From Dehalococcoidia bacterium (lineage in GTDB: Bacteria; Chloroflexota; Dehalococcoidia; UBA2247; RBG-13-53-26), in contig JBGOWL010000002.1 of the NCBI GenBank assembly GCA_041478585.1, positions 1 to 34,763 on the forward strand: a DNA stretch of 34,763 nucleotides, in the 5' to 3' direction. Positions 1 to 7,792 of this stretch are shown here, in pieces. Under the pieces are notes generated by a model. The model worked only from the letters and a program-made list of their open reading frames with translations. It was not told the origin of the DNA and ran no database searches. The position numbers and the translations under genes were made by a program. Within the stretch, counting starts at the first letter, position 1. The number at the start of each line of letters is the position of its first letter.

Positions 1-693
1 ACCATGGCACGGTTCCGTCAACTGGAGGAACTGGCAGCCAAGTACAATCTGAAGATGGCAAGCGTGGCCGATCTCATCACTCATCGCCGCCGCCACGAGA
101 AGCTGGTTCACCGTGTAGCTGAAGCCAAGCTGCCAACCAAACACGGGGAGTTCACCATCATTGCCTACAAAAGCACCATTGATACCGACGAACACGTTGC
201 CCTGGTGAAGGGCGATGTGTCTGCCGAAGAACCGGTTCTGGTGCGGGTGCACAGCGAGTGCCTTACTGGTGATGTTTTCGGCAGTCTTCGCTGCGACTGC
301 GGAGAGCAGATGGCCATGGCTATGCAGGCCATAGCCACCGAAGGGAAAGGGGTCTTCCTCTACATGCGCCAGGAGGGTAGAGGCATTGGGCTTCATAACA
401 AGCTGCGTGCCTATGCTCTCCAGGATCAGGGGGTAGATACTGTAGAGGCCAATGAACTCCTAGGGTTTGCCGCCGACCTGCGCGATTATGGGATCGGGGC
501 CCAGATTCTGGCCGACATCGGCCTTGAACAGATTCGTTTGCTGACTAATAACCCCAGAAAGGTGGTGGGTTTGGAGGGACACGGTCTCAAGGTAGTAGAG
601 ACAGTACCTATAGTGGCCCCACCGAACTCCTATAATGCCGCCTATCTGAAGGTCAAGGGCGCGAAGTTAGGACACCATTTCGTAGCAGACTAA
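1..693 (+). CDS. ribBA: Bifunctional DHBP synthase / GTP cyclohydrolase II, C-terminal part (5' end cut by window edge)
   Basis: The frame is open back to position 1, so the ATG at 4 is probably internal. The translation carries the GTP cyclohydrolase II block [23 protein letters not shown] and [14 protein letters not shown]. The residues before it look like the tail of a DHBP-synthase domain. Confidence 0.9.
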   Translation, partial: TMARFRQLEELAAKYNLKMASVADLITHRRRHEKLVHRVAEAKLPTKHGEFTIIAYKSTIDTDEHVALVKGDVSAEEPVLVRVHSECLTGDVFGSLRCDCGEQMAMAMQAIATEGKGVFLYMRQEGRGIGLHNKLRAYALQDQGVDTVEANELLGFAADLRDYGIGAQILADIGLEQIRLLTNNPRKVVGLEGHGLKVVETVPIVAPPNSYNAAYLKVKGAKLGHHFVAD

Positions 694-708
694 GAAGAGG
701 AGGTCGCC

Positions 709-1191
709 ATGAAAAAAATTTATCAGGGAACACTACTCGCACAAGGCCTGAAATTCATGCTAATAGTCTCGCGTTTTAATGAATTCATATCGGTCAAGCT
801 ACTCGAAGGAGCTCAAGACGCCCTGTTGCGCCACGGAGTCAAAGAGGAGGACATTGAGATCGCCTGGACACCTGGGTCCTTTGAGATTCCGCTCATCGCT
901 AAGAAGGCAGCAGAATCAGGAAGATACAATGCCGTCATCTGCCTGGGTGCCATCATCCGAGGAGGCACCCCTCATTTCGACTACATCGCCGCCGAAGCAA
1001 GTAAAGGAATCGCCAAAGTGTCACTGGACACAGGCATCCCCGTCATCTTTGGCGTGATCACGGCTGATGCCCTGGAGCAAGCCATTGAAAGGGCTGGAAC
1101 AAAAGAGGGTAACATGGGCTTCAAAGCAGCTATGAGCGGCATCGAGATGGCAAACCTCATCAAGGCCATGAAAGCTCCACGGAAAGCCTGA
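709..1191 (+). CDS. ribH: 6,7-dimethyl-8-ribityllumazine synthase
   Basis: 160 aa with lumazine-synthase signatures ([22 protein letters not shown]). A GAGGAGG Shine-Dalgarno sits 5 nt before the ATG. The gene lies 15 nt downstream of ribBA. Confidence 0.92.
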   Translation: MKKIYQGTLLAQGLKFMLIVSRFNEFISVKLLEGAQDALLRHGVKEEDIEIAWTPGSFEIPLIAKKAAESGRYNAVICLGAIIRGGTPHFDYIAAEASKGIAKVSLDTGIPVIFGVITADALEQAIERAGTKEGNMGFKAAMSGIEMANLIKAMKAPRKA

Positions 1192-1195
1192 AGTC

Positions 1196-1453
1196 CTATT
1201 CGATTGCTTTGAAGACCTTGTCCCCTCGCCGTACCCGATCCGGGACCTTGATGCCTATGGAATCCCCCGGCCTGCCCTCGGTTACGTCCTTGTTGTGAAT
1301 CTGCATTGATTCAACAACAACCTCAAGATCGGTAGTGTGTCCCTTGATATGGATTACCTCACCGCACTTGAGATTCCCCGTCAAGTCGATGCCAGCCACC
1401 ACCGGTCGGGCAAAGAAATCGGTCACTGTGCCCACCTCTACCTCCTCTGCCAT
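1196..1453 (-). CDS. Small EF-Tu domain-2-like beta-barrel protein (translation elongation factor-like protein)
   Basis: The translation resembles a stand-alone EF-Tu domain II barrel (GEVIHIKG..., GRPGDSIGIKV...RRGDKV). I moved the start to ATG 1453 because the AAGGGGG SD abuts the ORF-track GTG at 1462. Confidence 0.6.
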   Translation of the reverse strand: MAEEVEVGTVTDFFARPVVAGIDLTGNLKCGEVIHIKGHTTDLEVVVESMQIHNKDVTEGRPGDSIGIKVPDRVRRGDKVFKAIE

Positions 1454-1484
1454 GAAAGTCACCCCCCTTCAAATACTGATTTCC

Positions 1485-1682
1485 TCAAATCCGAACTCCA
1501 TGATCTGGGCTTTGAATTCTCTTCAGCCGCCGTTCCAAGACCCCTCGTTTAATCGGCACCCTGCGGTGACATTTCAGACATCTGATGTCGATATCAACTC
1601 CCAATCTCACCACCTCCCAGGAGTAACTACCACAAGGGTGCGCTTTCCTTAGCTGCAGTATATCGCCCAAATTGACTTCCAT
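1485..1682 (-). CDS. DUF951-family small protein
   Basis: 65 aa. The pattern GDILQLRKAHPCGS..WEV.R.G.DI...C..C.R is as I remember it for DUF951. The gene is tightly packed between pyrF and the EF-Tu-like gene. Confidence 0.55.
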   Translation of the reverse strand: MEVNLGDILQLRKAHPCGSYSWEVVRLGVDIDIRCLKCHRRVPIKRGVLERRLKRIQSPDHGVRI

Positions 1683-1714
1683 GCAATATTCCCAAACAGT
1701 TGATAGCCTAGCGA

Positions 1715-2524
1715 CTAAAGAAAGGAGTTGATCTGCCTGCGCACCTCATCGGCAACCCGCCGGGCCGCCTGGGCAAAATCACTGTCCTTCGAAGCATAGA
1801 GAATCTGCCTTGAACTGCTGAAGATTGCCCTTTCACCCTTGGCATCCGTCCCGTAGCGAACGGCCCATTCCAGGTTTCCTCCCTGTGCTCCAATGCCCGG
1901 TATCAGCAAGTCCATTTCCGGGCAGAGCTGCCTTATCTCCTGTAGCTCCTGGGGGCAGGTAGCGCCTACGACCAGGCCTATATTATTCCTCTCGTTCCAC
2001 TCCTTAGCCTTTCTGGCCACCAACCAGTACAAAGGCTGCTGCCTGTTCTCTGCTTGTTCTGTCGAACAGGCTACATCTTGGAAATCACCAGCTCCGGGGT
2101 TTGAGGTGCGACACAGGATGAATGTTGCCTTGTCTGTGTAGCTGATAAATGGCTCTATGGAATCATAGCCCAAATAGGGGTTCACGGTAGCCGCATCAAA
2201 ACCAAGGACTTCGAACAGAGCCTTGGCATAGGCTCGAGCCGTGTGGCCAACGTCACCGCGCTTGGCATCCCCGATAATGGGGATGTTTTCTGGTATGTAC
2301 TTTATGGTCTCCTGGAGCGCAGGCAGGCCATCACTGCCCAGAGCCTCGTAGAAAGCCAAGTTTGGTTTGTAGGCACAAACCAGGTCTGAGGTAGAGTTGA
2401 TGATTGCCTTGTTGAACTCGATGATACTCGTCTTAGGCATGAACTCGGGATCAGGATCAAGCCCGAGGCAAAGGCGGCTATTATTTCTTCGCACTGCCTG
2501 CAGTAGCTTCTCGGCGAAGTCCAT
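1715..2524 (-). CDS. pyrF: Orotidine 5'-phosphate decarboxylase (long, type 2 form)
   Basis: 269 aa. N-terminus SRLCLGLDPD, with KPNLAFYE and GDAKRGDVGHT motifs typical of type-2 OMP decarboxylase. A GGTGG SD precedes the ATG. Confidence 0.87.
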   Translation of the reverse strand: MDFAEKLLQAVRRNNSRLCLGLDPDPEFMPKTSIIEFNKAIINSTSDLVCAYKPNLAFYEALGSDGLPALQETIKYIPENIPIIGDAKRGDVGHTARAYAKALFEVLGFDAATVNPYLGYDSIEPFISYTDKATFILCRTSNPGAGDFQDVACSTEQAENRQQPLYWLVARKAKEWNERNNIGLVVGATCPQELQEIRQLCPEMDLLIPGIGAQGGNLEWAVRYGTDAKGERAIFSSSRQILYASKDSDFAQAARRVADEVRRQINSFL

Positions 2525-2552
2525 CTACCACCTATCTCGGCCGAGACCTACT

Positions 2553-2900
2553 CTAACCAAGAGCTCCAGACAACTGGCGCCCCCCTAGGAGATGGAAATG
2601 GATGTGGGGCACTAGTTGTCCGCCTTCTCGGCCGTAATTCACTGAAACACGATATCCCCTCTGAACTAACCCCTTCCTACTGGCCATTTCATTGGCAACA
2701 TAAATCAAATGACCGATGAGATCCTTTCGGTCAGAGCCAATCTGAGACAGTGATGGGATATGCTCTCTTGGCATCACCAGCAGATGTATCGGTGCTTGGG
2801 GATTGATGTCCCTTATAACAACAGCCCTGTCATCCTGATAGACAATGTCGCTCGGTATCTTGCCAGCGATGATCTTGCAGAAGACACACTCCTCCTCCAT
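2553..2900 (-). CDS. HIT (histidine triad) family nucleotide hydrolase/transferase
   Basis: 115 aa with N-terminal CVFCKI and the histidine triad HIHFHLLGG. An AAGGGGGA SD lies upstream. Confidence 0.88.
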   Translation of the reverse strand: MEEECVFCKIIAGKIPSDIVYQDDRAVVIRDINPQAPIHLLVMPREHIPSLSQIGSDRKDLIGHLIYVANEMASRKGLVQRGYRVSVNYGREGGQLVPHIHFHLLGGRQLSGALG

Positions 2901-2917
2901 TCATCCCCCTTCAGTAA

Positions 2918-4047
2918 CTAGAGCCCCAATTGGCTGGCTATCACTTCACGGTGAAAGCTGGCATCGCCAAAGAGAGCCTGGGCTGCCTTGCCTCGCCTGT
3001 AGTAGAGCTGAAGATCGTGGTCAATAGTATATCCTACGCCGCCATGAATCTGATGCCCCAAACGGACGACCCGCCCAATGGCTTCACCAATCCACGCCTT
3101 GGCCATAGCCACCTCCTTGACGGCAGGAAGCCCACTGCTCAGCAGCCAGGCCACCTCGTAGGTAAGATATCTCATACCATCGACATCAATCAGCATGTTA
3201 GCACAGTGGTGCTGAATGGCCTGGAAGCTGCCTATCGGCCGATCAAACTGCACCCTCTCCTTAGCATAGGCCACGCTCATCTCCAAAACCTGCTGGGCTG
3301 CACCCACCATCTCGGCACATTTGGCTACGGCCGCCCATTGTAGGGTTTTCTCAACCGTCTGCCATCCCCGATGAGGCTCACCCAGGATGTTTTCTCTGGC
3401 TACCTTAGCCTTGTCAAACACCACTTCGCATTGTTTGTCACTGGCAATAGTATTGAGCACAGTTAAGCTAATTCCTGGACCAGTGGCATCCATTATGAAA
3501 AGGCTAAGCCCTTTTCCTCGGATGACTTCTCTTTCGTTCTGGCCAGGCACAGGATATGTCTGGCCAGATGGGCGTAGGGCACGAAGAGTTTGGTACCACT
3601 GACGGTGTACTCTTCTTTATGAAGAGTCGACTTTGCCTGAATTGAGGCAGCATCATAACTACCATCTGACTCTGTCAGCGCGAAGGTGAAGATATCTCCC
3701 CCAGATATGGCTGGCAGAAACTGCTGTTTTTGACCATCATTGCCTGCTTCTAGTATTGTCAAACCGCTCAGCACCACACTGGGCAGATAAGGGCTGGGCA
3801 AACAGGCCCGACCCATCTCTTCCAGCAACACCACCAGATCCAGGAAACTCCCTCCCCCACCACCATGACTTTCAGGGAAGGGTAACCCCAGCCACCCCAG
3901 TTCCGCCATCTTAAGCCAGAGATCCGGTGAGTAACCCCTTTCATCCTGTTCCATCTCCCGAACAAACTGCTTGGTGCACTCGTTAGCCAGAAAATCACGG
4001 GCGGTTTTCCGCAGCATCTTCTGGTCTTCAGACAGGTCTAGATCCAA
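2918..4047 (-). pseudogene. Acyl-CoA dehydrogenase interrupted by one frame break (N-terminal half 3493..4047, C-terminal half 2918..3550)
   Basis: Two overlapping ORFs in different frames together give a full-length ACAD. The N-terminal part reads LDLSEDQKML...LGWLGL...TESDGSYD...ARTKE. The C-terminal part reads GKGLSLFIMD...FQAIQH...IHGGVGYT. The likely start is TTG 4047, behind an AAGGGGG SD, which matches the usual MDFxLSEEQ type N-terminus. Confidence 0.75.
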
Positions 4048-4245
4048 CTTGCCCCCTTTGTGTCTAGAGGTTATCCAATTCTGGGCATCTTTCAAGACTA
4101 CCGAGGAGTTCGCCAACCTTCCTTAATCTGCTCCTATAGGAACAATTGTCGCCTCCCTTAGGTGTGATAAAGGATATCAGAAGAAGGGAATCAATATCAA
4201 ATCTGCAGTTACCGAGAGAAAATTGAGAAAACGAACAGACTCTGC

Positions 4246-4274
4246 TTGACTTACCGAATTTGCGAAGATATGCT
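4246..4274 (+). promoter_or_regulatory. Sigma70-like promoter candidate for hisS (TTGACT-17 nt-TATGCT)
   Basis: TTGACT at 4246-4251, an exact 17-nt spacer, and TATGCT at 4269-4274. It lies about 35 nt upstream of the hisS ATG. Confidence 0.4.
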
Positions 4275-4307
4275 ACCAAGAGCAGAAAGGTTCCAGAAAG
4301 GTTCAAT

Positions 4308-5591
4308 ATGTTCAAAGCGCCGAGAGGGACACAAGATATTCTACCGGAAGATCAGAATCACTGGAGAGTCGTTGAGGCAAAGGCAACTGAAGTCTGTCGG
4401 CTCTTCCAGTACAAGCGCATCGATACTCCGATATTTGAGCAGACTGAGCTGTTCCTTCGCGGTGTCGGCGAAGGTACCGATATTGTGGAGAAGCAAATGT
4501 ATACCTTCGAAGACCGCGGTGGTGACAGAATCACCCTGCGGCCCGAGGGTACAGCGCCGATTTGCCGGGCATATATTGAGCATGGAATGCACAACCAGCC
4601 TCAACCAGTAAGGCTCTACTATACTGGCCCCATCTTTCGGTATGAACGACCCCAAAAAGGCCGTATGCGCCAGCACCATCAATTTGGGGTTGAAGCCATT
4701 GGCAGCTCAGACCCAGTGTTCGATGCACAGGTTATCGATCTGGCTTGGCGTTTCTACAGATCATTGGGACTCAAGGGGCTGACCCTCCAGCTCAACAGCA
4801 TTGGATGTTCGGACTGCCGCCCTGACTATCTGGCTGCTCTTGGGTGCCACTACTCAGACCACGTCAACAACCTTTGCCCTGACTGCAGTATGAGGCGATT
4901 ACGCAGCCCCTTGCGGCTTCTGGACTGTAAGAATGCTCCCTGTCAGGACACGATGACAGGTGCTCCCCGCATATTGGACTATCTCTGCCAACCCTGCGGC
5001 AGTCACTTCGAGGAACTCAAGGGCTACCTCGATAAGCGCCGCATAGGCTACGAACTTAACCCATACTTGGTGCGTGGCTTGGACTACTACACAAGGACTG
5101 TGTTTGAGATTCAGCCTGCCGAAGTTCGAGGACAAAGCGCCATAGGTGGTGGTGGAAGATACGACAATCTAATCGAGCAGCTAGGGGGTAGACCTACACC
5201 GGCGGTTGGTTTTGCCACCGGCCTAGAGCGGATCATAATGAACCTGCAGAACCAAGGAATTCGCTCAGAAGATGTATGGGTCGGCAGGAAGGTCTTCGTG
5301 GTCTCCGCAGACGAAGCCGGAAAGAGAGAGGTACCAGCGATAGCAGCTACGTTGCAGGACAACAACATAAGCGCCACTTTCACCTCAGGAGACTATAGCC
5401 TAAAATCCCAGATGAGACAGGCTAGTTCCTCTGGATCGCCTTGGGTTATCGTCGTTGGCCAGAATGAAGTAAGTAAGGATTCGGTAGTATTGAGAAACAT
5501 GGCCAAGGGGACACAAGAGGAGACCTCTTTGGGAAACGCTATAAAACAGATAGGGAGCCAAAGACCCAGCGATTGGCCAGCTGACAAATAG
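4308..5591 (+). CDS. hisS: Histidine--tRNA ligase
   Basis: The N-terminus MFKAPRGTQDILPED is the classic HisRS start. Class II motifs are present (RYERPQKGRMRQHHQFGVE, GGGGRYD) and there is a C-terminal anticodon-binding domain. I moved the start to ATG 4308 from the ORF-track 4260. Confidence 0.93.
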   Translation: MFKAPRGTQDILPEDQNHWRVVEAKATEVCRLFQYKRIDTPIFEQTELFLRGVGEGTDIVEKQMYTFEDRGGDRITLRPEGTAPICRAYIEHGMHNQPQPVRLYYTGPIFRYERPQKGRMRQHHQFGVEAIGSSDPVFDAQVIDLAWRFYRSLGLKGLTLQLNSIGCSDCRPDYLAALGCHYSDHVNNLCPDCSMRRLRSPLRLLDCKNAPCQDTMTGAPRILDYLCQPCGSHFEELKGYLDKRRIGYELNPYLVRGLDYYTRTVFEIQPAEVRGQSAIGGGGRYDNLIEQLGGRPTPAVGFATGLERIIMNLQNQGIRSEDVWVGRKVFVVSADEAGKREVPAIAATLQDNNISATFTSGDYSLKSQMRQASSSGSPWVIVVGQNEVSKDSVVLRNMAKGTQEETSLGNAIKQIGSQRPSDWPADK

Positions 5592-5608
5592 CACAAGCCA
5601 GACTCTGA

Positions 5609-5821
5609 CAGGCCCAGTCAAAAGACACAGACATCCGCATATTGAAGAGAATAAACGAAGAAGCGAGGGTTTCTATCCTCCCCGTGGAGCAGAACACCCG
5701 AGCGGTCCTTTCCCTCGCCAACCACGGCTGCATCATGTGGAACAACAGGATAGCCCTTGATGACACCGGTGAAAACCTCAGGCAGAACGCTCATGTAAGA
5801 GAATTCTACATGGAGCTTGGC
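5609..5821 (+). pseudogene. 3' remnant of a LivF-like branched-chain amino-acid ABC transporter ATPase
   Basis: The translation ...ILKRINEEARVSILPVEQNTRAVLSLANHGCIMWNNRIALDDTGENLRQNAHVREFYMELG matches only the last ~65 residues of LivF-type ATPases (xTILLVEQNxxxALxxADRGYVLxxGxIxxxGTxxELxxxxxVRxAYLG). There is no Walker A, signature or Walker B region and no proper start. It sits directly after the hisS stop. Confidence 0.6.
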
Positions 5822-5903
5822 ACGGTCGGTGAAACGAATAACTATAGGGAAGCATTACAAGAGAAGAAAGAGGGGGTTAGGCTAGGCAATAACAGAGACA
5901 GCC

Positions 5904-6227
5904 CTATTTCTCAGTAAATAGAGAGGAGAAATCTCCACTAAAGTCCTTGAGGAACGCATGGACATCTATCACATCATCTGAGTTTACGGGGATAGACAGT
6001 TTGCGGCGTTCTTCTTCAGTAAGTTCGGTAAGGATCTCGCATCTGCCCTCCGCCTTGACTACGGCCGCCACTAGTCCCTGGCTCTTGCAGGAGGGGCAGA
6101 AGACAGAAAGGAACCACAAATCCTCACGGTGTCCCAGGATCTTAATGTTGCCCGAATCATACTGACAACCGCATATCCCGCATTTCATATTGGAGAGTAG
6201 TTTCCTAACAAACTTCTCGTCCATCAT
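5904..6227 (-). CDS. Hypothetical Cys4 zinc-ribbon protein (about 107 aa)
   Basis: CGICGC...CPSC gives two CxxC pairs. The ORF begins immediately after the stop of the upstream DUF151 gene. ATG 6227 is the first ATG (the ORF-track start at 6242 is TTG). I recognise no family. Confidence 0.5.
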   Translation of the reverse strand: MMDEKFVRKLLSNMKCGICGCQYDSGNIKILGHREDLWFLSVFCPSCKSQGLVAAVVKAEGRCEILTELTEEERRKLSIPVNSDDVIDVHAFLKDFSGDFSSLFTEK

Positions 6228-6242
6228 TTCACCACAGTCCAA

Positions 6243-6800
6243 TCAGTCCTCAGTGGTCTTGCCCTTACCAAGGTCACGTAAGTCGAGTGTATTGATAAAA
6301 TCGGTGAAGGCGGACAACTTGCGCAGTTCCTCTTCACTAACTTCCTTCCCCTCATCATGCTTACCAATCTGAGAACTCGCCACTGGCTTACCTGTCTCAT
6401 GGTCGAAAACAATCCCAGCTTTGTCCAAGACCTCTTCATTAACATAGATTGGTGCTTTTGCTCTTACCGCAATTGCTATGGCGTCGCTGGGCCGAGAATC
6501 GATTTCGACACCTTTACTATTGACATCAAAATTGATCTTTGCATAGAAGGTATCGTTCTGAAGGTCATTGACCAGAATAAACTTGATCTTTGCTCCCAGA
6601 GTACCAATAACTGAGTAAAGAAGGTCATGCGTTAGCGGTCTGGGAACACTGACGCCCTGCAACTTTATCGCTATAGCATCCGCCTCAGCAGGACCAATCC
6701 AGATAGGAAGATATCGGTCTGCCTGAACCTCCTTCAGTATTACCACGCGCTGAGAGTTCATCACGCTCACGCGAATGCTATCAACGCTCATTTCAATCAT
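6243..6800 (-). CDS. Bifunctional nuclease (BFN/DUF151) family protein
   Basis: 185 aa. RVVILKE....RYLPIWIGPAEADAIAIKLQG...PRPLTHDLL is the DUF151 core. A strong GGGAGGTGGGGG SD precedes the ATG. Confidence 0.8.
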   Translation of the reverse strand: MIEMSVDSIRVSVMNSQRVVILKEVQADRYLPIWIGPAEADAIAIKLQGVSVPRPLTHDLLYSVIGTLGAKIKFILVNDLQNDTFYAKINFDVNSKGVEIDSRPSDAIAIAVRAKAPIYVNEEVLDKAGIVFDHETGKPVASSQIGKHDEGKEVSEEELRKLSAFTDFINTLDLRDLGKGKTTED

Positions 6801-6842
6801 CTTCCCCCACCTCCCTGGTGTGCGCCTTTGGATCTGAATTCA

Positions 6843-6871
6843 ATTCTAGGATGGCATGTAGTGTTTGTCAA
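6843..6871 (-). promoter_or_regulatory. Near-consensus sigma70-like promoter for the DUF151/zinc-ribbon pair (TTGACA-17 nt-TAGAAT)
   Basis: The minus strand reads TTGACA (6871-6866), a 17-nt spacer and TAGAAT (6848-6843). This is about 40 nt upstream of ATG 6800. Confidence 0.55.
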
Positions 6872-6875
6872 ACTG

Positions 6876-7727
6876 TCAGAGCACGGTTTCCTTGTGACGT
6901 GCACTATGGCACTGAATATTCACAGCCACTGGCAAACTGGCAATATGACAGGGGAAGGTCTCAATATGAACCGCCAAAGCAGTAGTTCTGCCTCCAAAAC
7001 CCTGTGGGCCAATGCCCAAGGCATTTATCTTCCTCAGTAGCTCTCTCTCCAAATCAGCAACCTCAGAATCTAGATTTGGCTCGCCTAACGAACGCAGCAA
7101 AGCTTCCTTGGCCAGCAGCATCGCTTTGTCAGCAGTACCACCGATTCCCACCCCCACAATGACGGGAGGACACGGGTTACTACCAGCCTCCTCTACAGCT
7201 TTCACCACAGAGTCAACGATGCCCTGCCTACCCTGTGCCGGTAGCACCATAGCCAGACGACTCATGTTCTCTGACCCCCCTCCCTTGGGCATCACGACAA
7301 TCTTAAGACGATCACCAGGCACTATCTTGGTATGAATAATGGGAGGACAATTGTCCTTTGTGTTTGTTCTCGCCGAGAAAGGTTGACTCACCATCGATCT
7401 GCGTAGATATCCCTCCGCATAGCCTCTGCGCACCCCTTCTTCTACGGCAGCATAAACATCGCCCCCCTTGATGTGCACATCTTGGCCTACCTCAAGCAAT
7501 ATCACAGCACTGCCACAATCCTGACATAAAGGAACGTGTTCTTTTGCAGCAATACCAGCATTCTCCAAGATCTGCTGCAAGATCTCCCTACCCAGTGATG
7601 ATTCTTCCCTGTCTCTTGATTCCCTGAGTGCCCTAGCAACGTCTTCAGGAAGGAAGTAGTTTGCCTCCTGGCATAGGCAGGCTACGGTCTCAGTGATACT
7701 ATCTGTATTTATCTCTTTCTGAGGCAT
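6876..7727 (-). CDS. Fe-S type hydro-lyase alpha subunit (class I fumarate hydratase / L(+)-tartrate dehydratase alpha)
   Basis: 283 aa with PLCQDCG, MPKGGGSEN and VGVGIGGT blocks typical of the class I fumarase/tartrate dehydratase N-terminal (alpha) domain. An AAGGAGAAAGG SD lies upstream. Confidence 0.85.
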   Translation of the reverse strand: MPQKEINTDSITETVACLCQEANYFLPEDVARALRESRDREESSLGREILQQILENAGIAAKEHVPLCQDCGSAVILLEVGQDVHIKGGDVYAAVEEGVRRGYAEGYLRRSMVSQPFSARTNTKDNCPPIIHTKIVPGDRLKIVVMPKGGGSENMSRLAMVLPAQGRQGIVDSVVKAVEEAGSNPCPPVIVGVGIGGTADKAMLLAKEALLRSLGEPNLDSEVADLERELLRKINALGIGPQGFGGRTTALAVHIETFPCHIASLPVAVNIQCHSARHKETVL

Positions 7728-7792
7728 AACCTTTCTCCTTCAGCTTAGGGACTTCTATCGGGCAATCACAAGTACCCTCTTCCCATCTCACT

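Noticed and set aside
4048-4307. Possible T-box or other leader upstream of hisS in the 260-nt divergent spacer
   Set aside because: I found no T-box sequence (AGGGTGGNACCGCG-like), no specifier or antiterminator architecture and no terminator hairpin. The predicted promoter leaves only a leader of about 30 nt.
4790-5010. Cysteine-rich insertion in HisS (CSDC...CPDC...CKNAPC...CQPC) that looks like an extra zinc-finger module
   Set aside because: To my knowledge this Cys-rich insertion domain is a normal feature of many bacterial HisRS enzymes. It is not a fusion or a novelty.
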